DNA of 56,699 bases, taken from Vicinamibacterales bacterium (GTDB taxonomy: Bacteria > Acidobacteriota > Vicinamibacteria > Vicinamibacterales > CAVVIG01). The position numbers and the translations under genes are program-made. The stretch lies in assembly GCA_046596625.1 (NCBI GenBank), contig JBKJMH010000044.1, positions 1-56,699 of the forward strand, read 5' to 3'. Shown here one piece after another: positions 9,422 to 19,188 of this stretch (position 1 is the stretch's first letter; every line of letters starts with the position of its first letter). Below the pieces are notes generated by a model. That model had not been told where the DNA came from. It was given only the letters and a program-made list of their open reading frames with translations, and did not search any database.

Positions 9422-10735
9422 TCAGTTGAGGACGACGCCGCACACGGTGGGGGCGGTGTCGGTCAACCGGACACGCACCCACTCGTTCCGCCGACGACCT
9501 GATGGGATACGGACTTTCAGGTAGTTGCCCGTCACGGCCAGGGTGCCGTCCTCGATCGTCAGCGCGCGGTGCACGGTGTCTCGCTGCGACTCGAGGAATC
9601 TCCGCGTCAGGCGCGCGCCGATCTCGCGCAGTTGCCTCCCCCGCTCCTTGACGACAACACCGGAGGGCCGGTCGGCCATCCGGGAGGCGGCAGTCCCGGG
9701 CCGGTCGGAGTAGGGGAAGACGTGAAGGTGCGTCAGCGGCGCAGCGTCAAGGTACGTCGTCAGTTCCTGGAAGTCGGCCTCGGTTTCACCGGGGAACCCA
9801 ACGATCAGGTCCGATCCGATCGACGCATTCGGAATATCCCGCCGGATCGTGTCGACCAGTCGCGCGTAGAAGGCGACGTCATAGGGACGTCGCATGGCGG
9901 CGAGCATGCGCGGGCTGGCGTGCTGGAGTGGAAGGTGAAAGTGCGGTGCGAAGCAGTTCGAATCCCTGACCAGTTCGACGACGCGCTCGGAGCAGTCCAT
10001 GGGCTCGAGGGAACTGATCCTGAAAAGGACGTGCGGCTCGCCGTTTTCGCGCACGTCACCGAAAGCGTCTCGAAGCGCCATCAGGAGGTCGGGCAGCACA
10101 GCCGGCGACTGGAGGTCGCGTCCGTACGAACCCAGATGTACGCCAGTCAGGGCAACTTCCCTGAAGCCGGACGCGACGATGCGCGTCACCTCGGCCAGCA
10201 CCTGTTCTATCGGCACGCTGCGCGGAGTGCCGCGTGTTTCGGGAATGATGCAATACGAGCAGGGTTGAGCGCAGCCCGTCTGGACGCGCAGCGTGAAGGC
10301 CGTCCGACCCGCGACGCCCGGCTCGATCGCGGAGCCGCACCCGCCGTCACCATCGCCGAACCGTTCCGCCGTAGTGAGGCTCGCGAGGGCATCGTCCTCA
10401 GCAACCAGCGCGCGGACGAATGAGAGCACCTGCGGCTTGTCGTCGTTGCAGACGACGCGAGCCACATTCGGCAACCCCGCAACCTGCACCGGCTCGCGAG
10501 TGGCGTAGCACCCGGTCACGACAATTTTCGCGGAGGGGTTGAGGCGGGCAATGCGGCGAATGGTTTGCCTTCCGCCCTGATCCGCGGTCGCCGTGACGGA
10601 GCAGGTGTTGACGACCACGACATCCGCAGCCTCCGCGGGCGCGGGCCTGGCGCCAGCCGCCAGAAACTGCTCCTCGAACCCGAGCGAGTCCGACTGGTTG
10701 ACGCGGCAGCCGAAGGTGACGATGGCGTACTTCAT
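9422..10735 (-). CDS. MiaB/MtaB-family radical-SAM tRNA methylthiotransferase (MtaB-like)
   Basis: MKYAIVTFGCRVNQSDS...VVVVNTCSVT...VTGCYA (UPF0004 cluster), radical-SAM CAQPCSYCIIP, and a C-terminal TRAM-like end. The start is set to ATG 10733-10735. The 686-aa track ORF reads through the 3' end of purD. Confidence 0.8.
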   Translation of the reverse strand: MKYAIVTFGCRVNQSDSLGFEEQFLAAGARPAPAEAADVVVVNTCSVTATADQGGRQTIRRIARLNPSAKIVVTGCYATREPVQVAGLPNVARVVCNDDKPQVLSFVRALVAEDDALASLTTAERFGDGDGGCGSAIEPGVAGRTAFTLRVQTGCAQPCSYCIIPETRGTPRSVPIEQVLAEVTRIVASGFREVALTGVHLGSYGRDLQSPAVLPDLLMALRDAFGDVRENGEPHVLFRISSLEPMDCSERVVELVRDSNCFAPHFHLPLQHASPRMLAAMRRPYDVAFYARLVDTIRRDIPNASIGSDLIVGFPGETEADFQELTTYLDAAPLTHLHVFPYSDRPGTAASRMADRPSGVVVKERGRQLREIGARLTRRFLESQRDTVHRALTIEDGTLAVTGNYLKVRIPSGRRRNEWVRVRLTDTAPTVCGVVLN

Positions 10736-10764
10736 CGGGGCCACTTGTGATTCGGGGGGCAAGG

Positions 10765-12042
10765 TCAGGCGTGCGCCTGACGCGCCTTGCGCCCGATGTC
10801 GGTGCGGTACTGCATGCCGTCGAAGCTGATGACGCGAACGCCAGCATAGGCGTCGGCGATCGCCTCGGGAAAGTCGGCGCCGCTGGCCACCACAGTGAGA
10901 ACCCGGCCACCCGCCGTGACGATGGCTCCGTCGCTTGCGGCCGTGCCCGCGTGGCAAACCATCACGCCGAGGCGCTCCGCGTCGTCGATACCGGCGATGG
11001 CACGGCCGGACTCCGACGAGTCGGGATAACCGCGAGACGCCAGTACCACACCGACCATCGACTCGGTCGTCATCTCGCACGACTCCTGAGTCAGTCGCCC
11101 TTCGGCCGCTGCAGCGAACAGAGGCGCGAGCGGTTCCGCGATGCGGGGCAGGATGACCTGCGCTTCGGGATCGCCGAGCCGGACGTTGAACTCGATGACC
11201 TTCGGACCCGCCGAGGTCAGCATCAGCCCGACGTAGAGGAAGCCCTTGAAGGGATGTCCCTCCGCCGTCATACCCGCCACGACCGGCGAGACGATCTCGC
11301 GCATGACGCGGGCATGAAGTTCGGCGTCGATCAGGGGGCTCGGCGCGAACGCGCCCATTCCGCCGGTATTCGGTCCCTCGTCGTTGTCGAAGATGCGTTT
11401 GTGGTCCTGGGCGGTGCCAATGGGCAGCGCCCGCTCCCCATCGCACAGCACGAAGAAGGACACTTCGGGCCCGACTAGGCACTCCTCTATAACCAGGCGT
11501 TCTCCCGCGCGCCCGAAGCGACCGCCAGTCATCGAGGCAACGATGGCGTCTTCCGCCTCGGCCAGCGTCTGGGCAACGACCACGCCCTTGCCGGCAGCCA
11601 GCCCATCTGCCTTGAGCACGACAGGGAACCCAAACGAACCGCTCCGAACCACCGCGAGGGCATCGTCGGCCGAATCGGCGGTGTGGAACCTTGCAGTCGG
11701 GACACCATGCCGCTCCATGAAGGCCTTCGCAAAGGCCTTGCTGGTTTCGAGACGTGCCGCCGCAGCGGTGGGTCCGAGCAGCACCCGCCCGTCGGCGGCG
11801 AAGCGGTCGGCCACGCCGACGCTGAGCGGAAGTTCAGGACCGACAACCGTCAGGTCGACTTTCTCGCGGACCGCAAGCGCGGCGATACTGTCAGGACTGC
11901 CGAGGTCGACTGTGTAGATGGGTGAGATTTGGGCAATACCCGGATTTCCCGGTGCGCAGATCACCGAGACACCGGGATCGGAGGCTAGGCGCGCGACGAG
12001 TGCGTGCTCACGCCCTCCACTGCCAAGTACGAGAACTCTCAT
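10765..12042 (-). CDS. purD: Phosphoribosylamine-glycine ligase
   Basis: MRVLVLGSGGREHALVARL...GNPG...ATP-grasp...GPNTGGMGA... Confidence 0.9.
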   Translation of the reverse strand: MRVLVLGSGGREHALVARLASDPGVSVICAPGNPGIAQISPIYTVDLGSPDSIAALAVREKVDLTVVGPELPLSVGVADRFAADGRVLLGPTAAAARLETSKAFAKAFMERHGVPTARFHTADSADDALAVVRSGSFGFPVVLKADGLAAGKGVVVAQTLAEAEDAIVASMTGGRFGRAGERLVIEECLVGPEVSFFVLCDGERALPIGTAQDHKRIFDNDEGPNTGGMGAFAPSPLIDAELHARVMREIVSPVVAGMTAEGHPFKGFLYVGLMLTSAGPKVIEFNVRLGDPEAQVILPRIAEPLAPLFAAAAEGRLTQESCEMTTESMVGVVLASRGYPDSSESGRAIAGIDDAERLGVMVCHAGTAASDGAIVTAGGRVLTVVASGADFPEAIADAYAGVRVISFDGMQYRTDIGRKARQAHA

Positions 12043-12108
12043 TTTTTCAGCGATTTGCGCCGGACAGGTCCGTGGCACTTCGACGGAACGTCCGCGGGGA
12101 GTATTTCG

Positions 12109-12137
12109 TTGACGCGGTCAGGGTTTGGCCCTAGAAT
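12109..12137 (+). promoter_or_regulatory. Sigma70-type promoter candidate for rpsU (TTGACG-17 nt-TAGAAT)
   Basis: TTGACG at 12109-12114, exactly 17 nt of spacer, TAGAAT at 12132-12137. It lies about 95 nt upstream of the rpsU start. Confidence 0.5.
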
Positions 12138-12230
12138 CCGCCGTTGCCGTGATAGCCTAGCATATTTGGTTGTAGCGGCTATTCAACGTGATAACCGTGA
12201 TTTGAGCCACCCGAAAGAGGGGTGATTTTC

Positions 12231-12428
12231 GTGGCAGAAGTGAAGATTCAGGAGGGCGAGTCTATCGAGAGCGCTCTTCGACGCTTCAAGCGGAAGGTGC
12301 AGCAGGAAGACATCATCAAGGATATCAAGAAGCACTCCTTCTACCTGAAGCCGGGCGACAAGCGTCGCGCCAAGCAGGCGCTGGCCCGCAAGCGTAATCG
12401 GAAGAAGCTCCGACGAGAAACGGAGTAG
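12231..12428 (+). CDS. rpsU: 30S ribosomal protein S21
   Basis: (V)AEVKIQEGESIESALRRFKRKVQQEDIIKDIKKHSFYLKPGDKRR. GTG at 12231 is preceded by AAGAGGGG. The track ORF starts 9 nt earlier. Confidence 0.9.
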   Translation: MAEVKIQEGESIESALRRFKRKVQQEDIIKDIKKHSFYLKPGDKRRAKQALARKRNRKKLRRETE

Positions 12429-12452
12429 ACCGACCTAGACGAGGTGGGACCG

Positions 12453-12761
12453 ATGGAGTTCCAGGACAGGACCCTCACGTGCGTGGACTGCGGTGCGGCA
12501 TTCGTCTGGACGGCCGGAGAGCAACAGTTCTTCGCCGACAAGAACTTCACGAACGAACCGAAGCGCTGCAAGTCCTGTAAGACGACGAGGGCAAGCCGCC
12601 CGGCCAGCGCAGTCGTTGCGCGGGAACGGGTGGAAACGGTCACCAACTGTTCGGCGTGTGGCAGGGAAACGACCGTGCCGTTCCGTCCGACCCAGGGTCG
12701 ACCGGTGTTCTGTAAGGACTGCTTCCAATCCCGCAAAGTTGCGGGTGCCGGCAGCATCTGA
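12453..12761 (+). CDS. CxxC-x17-CxxC zinc-ribbon protein (two copies of the module)
   Basis: CVDCG...CKSCK and CSACG...CKDCF pairs. GAGGTG lies 6 nt before the ATG at 12453. Confidence 0.65.
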   Translation: MEFQDRTLTCVDCGAAFVWTAGEQQFFADKNFTNEPKRCKSCKTTRASRPASAVVARERVETVTNCSACGRETTVPFRPTQGRPVFCKDCFQSRKVAGAGSI

Positions 12762-12875
12762 CTGCGTCGGTTCCACGTCGTTGATTGAGACAGACGTGCC
12801 CCTGCGTGCAGCCCGAGGGCTGTGGTGCGCAGGGTGTGTTAAGCTCACGAGCACGCACACATCTGGAGCGTTTTC

Positions 12876-13226
12876 ATGCAGATCGAAGAACGAACGGTTG
12901 GCGACGTCCTCATCCTCGATGTGAAAGGTCGCATCACTCTGGGTGAAGGGGATGAGATCCTCAAGGACAAGGTGAACAGCCTTCTCAACCAGGGACAGAA
13001 GAAGATCGTCCTCAACCTGGCCGAAGTGCCGTACATCGACAGCGCCGGCCTCGGCGAGATTGTGCGGACCTATACCACCGTGAGCCGGCAGGGTGGCAGC
13101 CTCAAGCTGCTCAGCCTGACCAAGCGCATCTCGGATCTGCTCGCGATTACGAAGCTGCTGACCGTCTTCGAGACATTCGATTCGGAGAACGAAGCGGTCC
13201 AGAGCTTCTCGTCGGCGAAGGTCTAG
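12876..13226 (+). CDS. STAS-domain protein (anti-sigma-factor antagonist, SpoIIAA-like)
   Basis: VLILDVKGRI...LNLAEVPYIDSAGLGEIV...LLSL...I.DLL.ITKL..VF is the classic STAS layout, with the conserved Ser in DSAG. Confidence 0.8.
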   Translation: MQIEERTVGDVLILDVKGRITLGEGDEILKDKVNSLLNQGQKKIVLNLAEVPYIDSAGLGEIVRTYTTVSRQGGSLKLLSLTKRISDLLAITKLLTVFETFDSENEAVQSFSSAKV

Positions 13227-13243
13227 TTCGCCTCCCGCGCTAG

Positions 13244-14206
13244 ATGGCGCGCAGCACCCTTTCGAGTATGACGGTTCCCGATGTTCCTGCCGGCCCCCGG
13301 TTCGGGACATCGGGTAGCCGCTCTCCGGCGCTCAGTCTGGTCCTTTCCCTTCGGCCAGGCCAGTGGACCAAGAATCTGCTGGTCTTCGCGCCGTTGCTCT
13401 TCGCTGTCAAACTGTTCGACCTTCAGTCCGTCGCACGCGCGACCGGCGGCTTTGCCGTGTTCTGCGCGCTCTCGAGCGTCGTCTATCTCGTCAACGACGT
13501 CATGGATCGAGAAGGCGATCGGCTGCACCCGCAGAAGCGGACGCGGCCGATTGCGGCGGGTGACCTCTCGGTCAGCACGGCGCTGCTCACCGCTGTCCTG
13601 CTTGCAGTCACGGCCCTTGCCTGCGCTGGCCTGATGGGTTGGCGCTTCGCGGCCGTGGCCGCGTCCTACCTCGCGCTCCAGACGCTCTACTCGGTCGCCC
13701 TGAAACACATCGTCATCATCGACGCCCTGACGCTGGCTATCGGCTTCGTGCTGCGCGCGATTGCCGGCGCCGTGGTCATCGACGTCGTGATCAGCCACTG
13801 GCTGTTCGTCTGTACCATCCTGCTTGCGCTGTTCATTGCCCTGGCGAAGCGTCGGCATGAACTGGTGCTGCTCGCGGACGGAGCCGCGAGCCATCGTCCG
13901 ATTCTCGACGAGTATTCCGCCTATCTCCTCGATCAGATGATCGCCGTCGTCACGGCGTCGACGCTGGTTGCCTACATTTTCTATACGATTAGCCCGGAGA
14001 CCGAGCAGAAGTTCGGCACGTCGTGGTTGGGCCTCACGATTCCATTTCCGCTCTATGGAATCTTCCGCTACCTGTATCTCGTGCATCGGCGCGAGGGTGG
14101 CGGCAGCCCGTCAGACCTGTTGCTGAACGACCGTCCCCTGCTTGCCTGCGTGACCTTATGGGTCATCGCGGTGGTGCTGATCGTCTACCACCCGTTTGTG
14201 CCCTGA
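13244..14206 (+). CDS. UbiA-family prenyltransferase resembling decaprenyl-phosphate phosphoribosyltransferase
   Basis: RPGQWTKNLLVFAPLLFA, NDVMDREGDRLHPQKRTRPIAAG (the UbiA Asp-rich motif in the DPPR-synthase flavour), and about 8 hydrophobic segments. Confidence 0.65.
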   Translation: MARSTLSSMTVPDVPAGPRFGTSGSRSPALSLVLSLRPGQWTKNLLVFAPLLFAVKLFDLQSVARATGGFAVFCALSSVVYLVNDVMDREGDRLHPQKRTRPIAAGDLSVSTALLTAVLLAVTALACAGLMGWRFAAVAASYLALQTLYSVALKHIVIIDALTLAIGFVLRAIAGAVVIDVVISHWLFVCTILLALFIALAKRRHELVLLADGAASHRPILDEYSAYLLDQMIAVVTASTLVAYIFYTISPETEQKFGTSWLGLTIPFPLYGIFRYLYLVHRREGGGSPSDLLLNDRPLLACVTLWVIAVVLIVYHPFVP

Positions 14207-14208
14207 CC

Positions 14209-15447
14209 ATGCCTGATTTCAACGTACGTTCCGATGCGGTCAACGTCGAGCAGATCATGGAGCAGATCCGCTCGCGCATCCGCGAGAAGCGCGGGGCCGA
14301 TTACACCGAGGCCCAGATCCAGGAACTGGCGAGCGTCAAGCTCGAGAAGTTCCTCGATCCGCGCGGTGTCCGCTCCGATCTGCTCGAACAGTTCCGCCGA
14401 GCCCAGCCGCCCTATGGGCCGCCGGAACTCCCCAACTTCGCCTTCGAGGACCAGACTCTCTTCGAGTCGACCCGTGGCCCGCTGCGTTTCATGCGCAAGC
14501 TGCTGCAGCCGATCCTGAAGCTGTTCTTCAACCCCAATCCCCTCATCCAGGCGCTCAACATCCAGTCGAAGCTGAATGCGGGCGCGGCCGAGCGCGAGGC
14601 CAAGCGCGACGCGGCTCGCTACGCCTTCGACCAGCTGCACTACGAGGTGATGCACAACCTTGTGCTCGAGACCACGCGGCTCGGCATCGAGGTGAAGAAC
14701 CTGAAGATGCGGCTGGAATCGCTAGCCAGCCGCCTCGAGTTCAACGAGCGGCGGGCTCGCGCGCTCGAGAGCGTCGTCGCCTACACGCCGGCGGACGAGG
14801 GCAAGCCCGAGGGTCGTCGGGACGAAACGCGTCGTGAGGAGGCCCGTCGCGACGAGCCACGCCGCGAAGAGGGGCGCCGCGACGACAGCCGCCGACAGGA
14901 ACGCCAGGAGCGCCGCAGCGCCGAACCGAACAGACCGGCATCCCCGCCGCCGGCGCCACCTGCACCGCCAGCCGTGCCAGCACCAGCCATCACCGAGACG
15001 CCTGACGCACCCCAGCCGCCAGCGGCAGACACGCCGGACACGGCGGCGCAGTCTGGTGTCCCAGCAGAGGGACCCGGACAGCGGAGCCGCCGCCGGCGAC
15101 GCCGCCGCGGACGTCGCGGCAGCGGCTCTGCCGCAGCCATCATGGCTGGCGGACAGTCGGCGGACCCGGCCTCAGACGGAGAAGGCGGGCCCGAGGACGA
15201 GGGTGGACCTGACGCCGAGATGGAGGAGTCGACGCCAGACTTGGCTGCAGAGTCTGACGCCGACGGACGCACGGCACGGCCCGAACCGTTCGAGCACGCC
15301 TTCGGCGCGCAGGCCCATCCAGCCGAAGAGGCTGCCAGCGACCCATCGGCCCGGCAGGCGGCACCGCCTGCTCCGGTCGGTCCACCGAGCGAACCGTCCG
15401 AGCCGGAGCAGCCGCAAGCCGACCCAGCGGCGACGCCAGAACAGTGA
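14209..15447 (+). CDS. Hypothetical protein with a structured coiled-coil N-terminal half and a roughly 210-aa low-complexity R/E/P/A-rich tail
   Basis: The ATG at 14209 is in frame with track ORF 14023..15447 and lies just after the UbiA stop. The N-terminus is MPDFNVRSDAVNVEQIMEQIRSRIREKR... The tail has RRDETRREEARRDEPRREEGRRDDSRRQERQERR, PPAPPAPPAVPAP and [13 protein letters not shown]. Confidence 0.6.
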   Translation: MPDFNVRSDAVNVEQIMEQIRSRIREKRGADYTEAQIQELASVKLEKFLDPRGVRSDLLEQFRRAQPPYGPPELPNFAFEDQTLFESTRGPLRFMRKLLQPILKLFFNPNPLIQALNIQSKLNAGAAEREAKRDAARYAFDQLHYEVMHNLVLETTRLGIEVKNLKMRLESLASRLEFNERRARALESVVAYTPADEGKPEGRRDETRREEARRDEPRREEGRRDDSRRQERQERRSAEPNRPASPPPAPPAPPAVPAPAITETPDAPQPPAADTPDTAAQSGVPAEGPGQRSRRRRRRRGRRGSGSAAAIMAGGQSADPASDGEGGPEDEGGPDAEMEESTPDLAAESDADGRTARPEPFEHAFGAQAHPAEEAASDPSARQAAPPAPVGPPSEPSEPEQPQADPAATPEQ

Positions 15448-16907
15448 AGGTCGCGGTCGTCGTCCAGCGCTACGGCCAGGCTATCAACGGCGGGGCCGAA
15501 CTGCACGCGCGGTACATCGCCGAGCACCTGGCGCGCCATGCGCAGGTGGAGGTCTGGACCACGTGTGCCACCGACTACGTCACCTGGCGCAACGAGTTGA
15601 CGTCAGGTGAGGAACGCGTCAACAACGTGGCGGTGCGTCGCTTCCCCGTGAAGCACGAACGCAATCCGCTCACGTTCGGCCGGTTGTCCGACAAGGTCTT
15701 CAACCAGCCGCACTCGGTGGCGGACGAACTCGAGTGGCTCGAGGCCGAAGGGCCGACCAGTCCGGGACTCGTCTCGCACATCACGAAGCACGCCGGCGAA
15801 TTCGACTTCTGCATCTTCTTCAGCTATCGCTACTACCACGCCTTTCACGGGGCGCGTGCTGCAGGCACGAAGGCGATCCTCGTGCCGACCGCGGAACGCG
15901 ATCCGGCAGCGGGGCTGGCGATTTTCGCCCCGATCTTTCGCGGCGTCCGTGCCCTCATGTACAACTCGCCGGAAGAGCGCGCGATGCTGCAGGGCATCTC
16001 CGGTAACGCGCACGTGCCTTCGGTCGTGGTCGGCGTCGGTTCCGAGATTCCCTCGAATCCGCAGCCGCAGCGCTTCCGACAGAAACACAACATCCGCGGC
16101 CCGTTCGCGGTCTACGTCGGGCGGATCGACGAGAACAAGGGCTGCCGCGAACTCTTCAGCCACTTCGATGCCTACCTGCGCGACCGCGTTGGAAAGCTGA
16201 CGCTGGTGCTGATCGGCAACTCGCTCCTCGGCATCCCGTCGCATCCGCGTATCCGCCATCTCGGCTTCCTCGACGATGCAGACAAGTTCGATGCGATCGC
16301 GGCGTCGGAGCTGCTCATCATGCCGTCGTTCTTCGAGAGCCTCTCGATGGTGGCGCTGGAAGCCTGGGCGCTGGGTAAGCCGGTGCTGGCCAACGCGAAG
16401 TGCGACGTGCTGAAGGGACAGTGCATCCGCAGCAACGCGGGGCTCTACTACCAGAGCGCGTCGGAGTTCGCCGAGACGCTGCGGGCGATCGAGTGCAACA
16501 AGTGGATTGCCGGCACGCTGGGCAAGAACGGTCGGCAGTATTATCGCGACAACTACGACTGGCCGGTGGTCGAGCGCAAGTACCTCGATATGCTGCAGCG
16601 CCTGTCGTCTGAGCCGACGCCCGCCGGCTTCGAGCCGCTGCCCGGATGGATGGAGCGGCGCAAGCCGACCTGTCCGCCTGGAGCTGCGGTCGTCGCCGCT
16701 GCACCGGGCGGTCCCGCGTCCGCACCGGACATGACGATTCCCCGCCCGACGGGACCCGTGTCCCCGCCATTGCCAACGCGGCCATCCGCCGTCACCGAAC
16801 GCAGCCGTCCGGCGCCGCCCTCGCGCTCAGGACCGCCGCCCTCAGCTCGCCGGCCGCAGGGCCGGAACCGGCGCTCCTCGGGCCACGGCTCCGGCGCGGG
16901 ACGATGA
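15444..16907 (+). CDS. GT-B fold glycosyltransferase (GT4-like), type A, with a Pro-rich C-terminal tail
   Basis: MKVAVVVQRYGQAINGGAELHARY..., the E(x7)E-like region PSFFESLSMVALEAWALGKPVL, and a start that overlaps the upstream stop. It is a paralog of 19185..20498. Confidence 0.8.
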   Translation: MKVAVVVQRYGQAINGGAELHARYIAEHLARHAQVEVWTTCATDYVTWRNELTSGEERVNNVAVRRFPVKHERNPLTFGRLSDKVFNQPHSVADELEWLEAEGPTSPGLVSHITKHAGEFDFCIFFSYRYYHAFHGARAAGTKAILVPTAERDPAAGLAIFAPIFRGVRALMYNSPEERAMLQGISGNAHVPSVVVGVGSEIPSNPQPQRFRQKHNIRGPFAVYVGRIDENKGCRELFSHFDAYLRDRVGKLTLVLIGNSLLGIPSHPRIRHLGFLDDADKFDAIAASELLIMPSFFESLSMVALEAWALGKPVLANAKCDVLKGQCIRSNAGLYYQSASEFAETLRAIECNKWIAGTLGKNGRQYYRDNYDWPVVERKYLDMLQRLSSEPTPAGFEPLPGWMERRKPTCPPGAAVVAAAPGGPASAPDMTIPRPTGPVSPPLPTRPSAVTERSRPAPPSRSGPPPSARRPQGRNRRSSGHGSGAGR

Positions 16908-18109
16908 GCACGCATCGTCCCGCCGTTCACCAGGTGCTCGCGACACTGGGCTACGGCGACGCCATCGGGCACGAAGTGCTTGGCATCCAGCGCGTGCTCC
17001 GTGCGGCCGGCTACGAGTCCGACATCTTCGTGGACACCGCCGACCCGCGGCTCGAGTCGCTGACGCGCGACTATCGCGAACTCGTCGACGCGAGCCGTCC
17101 AGACAACCTGCTGCTGCACCACTTCTCGATCGGGTCGAAGGCGTCACGCACCGCGTACGCGCTGCCCGATCGGATGGCCATCATCTATCACAACATCACG
17201 CCGCCGGAGTACTTCGCGGCCGTGCACCGCACCCTGGCGCGACAGTGCTTCCGGGGCCGGCGGGAAATCCACGCCTACGTCGATCGCTGCGACATGGCGC
17301 TCGGCGATTCTGAGTTCAACCGGCAGGATCTCGTGTCGCTCGGCTTCACCCGGACGGGCGTGCTCCCCGTCGTCCCCGATCTGGCTCACCTCGACAACCC
17401 CGCCGACTGGCTGGTGCCGCAGCAATTCGACGACGAGTGGACCAACGTCCTCTTTGTCGGCCGGGTCATCGCGAACAAGAAGATCGAGGACGTGATTCGC
17501 TGCTTTCACGCCTACCAGACGACGTTCAATCCGCGCAGCCGGCTGATCATCGCCGGCGTTTTCAGCGTGTTCGAGCGCTACTTTGCCGCGCTGACGCACC
17601 TGGTTGACGACCTCGGCCTGCAGCACGTCCACTTCGCCGGGCATGTATCGGACGCCGAGCTGATCGCGTATTACGAACTCGCCGACCTGTTCCTCTGCTG
17701 CAGTGAACACGAGGGGTTCTGTGTGCCGCTGATCGAGGCGTTCTACAAGCAGATCCCGGTGCTCGCGTATGCAGCGACCGCGGTGCCCGCCACCATGGAC
17801 GGCGCCGGGGTGCTCTTCGACACCAAGGACCCTGCCTACGTTGCGGCGCTGATGGACGGCATCCTCTCCAACGCCGACCTGCAGGATGCCATCGTCGAGG
17901 AACAGTTGCAGGCGGTTGAACGGCTGCAGGCAAAGGACTTCGACCGCACGCTCCTGGGCTTTGTCGAGCAGATTCTCGCCTCACCGCGCAGCGGCGCTCC
18001 TCACGTCTCGTTCGACTTCTGGCAGCAGTTCGACGTGCTGGAGCAGCTCGAGGAAGTGCGGCGCTACCGTCCTTCTGCGTACTTCGAGTTGCCGGAGGAA
18101 CCGGCGTGA
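16904..18109 (+). CDS. GT-B fold glycosyltransferase (GT4-like), type B
   Basis: The ATG at 16904 overlaps the upstream TGA (ATGA). Motifs include LFVGRVIANKKIED and CCSEHEGFCVPLIEAFYKQIPVLAY. It is a paralog of 18106..19188. Confidence 0.8.
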   Translation: MSTHRPAVHQVLATLGYGDAIGHEVLGIQRVLRAAGYESDIFVDTADPRLESLTRDYRELVDASRPDNLLLHHFSIGSKASRTAYALPDRMAIIYHNITPPEYFAAVHRTLARQCFRGRREIHAYVDRCDMALGDSEFNRQDLVSLGFTRTGVLPVVPDLAHLDNPADWLVPQQFDDEWTNVLFVGRVIANKKIEDVIRCFHAYQTTFNPRSRLIIAGVFSVFERYFAALTHLVDDLGLQHVHFAGHVSDAELIAYYELADLFLCCSEHEGFCVPLIEAFYKQIPVLAYAATAVPATMDGAGVLFDTKDPAYVAALMDGILSNADLQDAIVEEQLQAVERLQAKDFDRTLLGFVEQILASPRSGAPHVSFDFWQQFDVLEQLEEVRRYRPSAYFELPEEPA

Positions 18110-19188
18110 TCGTCAACCAGTGGGTGCCCGCCGCCCACAAGGGAGACGCAATCGGGGACAGCGCCCGAAAGATGCGCGCGATGCTCCGCGCGCTCGGGCA
18201 CGAGTCCGACATCTATGCGCTGACGATCGACGATGTGCTGCAGGGTGACGTCCTGCCATTTTCCGATCCGGCATCTCGCGACGGCGACCTGACCATCTTC
18301 CACTACGCCATCCCCTCGCCGATGACCGAGGCGTTCGCGCGCCTGTCGCGGGGCCGCGTGATGCAGTACCACAACGTCACGCCTGCCCACTACTTCGCAC
18401 CGTACTCGCCGGCACTCTTCAGGCTGGCGTCGCTGGCTCGTGCCGAGCTGCAGTCGCTCGTCGGCCAGGTGGACCTGGCTCTTGGGGTATCGGAATTCAA
18501 CCGCGCCGAACTCGAAGGCATGGGTTTCTCGCCGACCGGCGTGCTGCCGCTGGCCATCGACCTGACGCGGGTCACCCAGCCGGTCCGGCGGCCGGCCCTC
18601 GAGAAGATTCTGTCGAACGATGACATGATCAACTTCCTGTTCGTCGGCCGTATCGCCCCGAACAAGAAGATCGAAGACCATCTCAAGCTTGCCGAACACT
18701 ACAAGCGCTACGTCGACTCGTACTACCGCTTCATCTTCGTTGGGAAGTACGACGCCGTGCCGCAGTACTACGCGGCGATTCGGACGATGATGGCGCAGTA
18801 CCGGTTGCTGAACGAGCGTTTCGTATTCACTGGCCCGGTGCCGGACGAGGAACTGGCGGTCTATTACCGTCATTCGGCCGTGTACATCTCCCTCAGCGAA
18901 CACGAGGGATTCTGCGCACCGCTGCTCGAGGCCATGGCCGCCGACGTGCCGGTGCTCGCCTACTCCGCCGCAGCCGTCCCCGAGACACTCGGCGGTGCCG
19001 GGGTGCAGTTCGCACCCAAAGACATGGAATATGCCGCGGAACTCCTCGGCATCCTGACATTCGACGATGAGCTGCGCGCGAAGGTGATTGCCGGTCAACG
19101 GCGACGCCTCGCGGATTTCAGTGACGCCAGGCTCGAGCGCGCACTGTCCAGGCTCGTCGCCTATTCTGGTGGCCATTACCCGTCATGA
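18106..19188 (+). CDS. GT-B fold glycosyltransferase (GT4-like), type B'
   Basis: The GTG start overlaps the upstream stop. Motifs include LFVGRIAPNKKIED and SLSEHEGFCAPLLEAMAADVPVLAY. Confidence 0.8.
   Translation: MIVNQWVPAAHKGDAIGDSARKMRAMLRALGHESDIYALTIDDVLQGDVLPFSDPASRDGDLTIFHYAIPSPMTEAFARLSRGRVMQYHNVTPAHYFAPYSPALFRLASLARAELQSLVGQVDLALGVSEFNRAELEGMGFSPTGVLPLAIDLTRVTQPVRRPALEKILSNDDMINFLFVGRIAPNKKIEDHLKLAEHYKRYVDSYYRFIFVGKYDAVPQYYAAIRTMMAQYRLLNERFVFTGPVPDEELAVYYRHSAVYISLSEHEGFCAPLLEAMAADVPVLAYSAAAVPETLGGAGVQFAPKDMEYAAELLGILTFDDELRAKVIAGQRRRLADFSDARLERALSRLVAYSGGHYPS

Noticed and set aside
9422-11482. 686-aa ORF that could be read as a giant fusion protein.
   Set aside because: The N-terminal roughly 250 aa are Arg/Gly-rich nonsense overlapping the 3' end of purD in another frame. 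A clean MKYAIVTFGC methylthiotransferase start exists at 10735.
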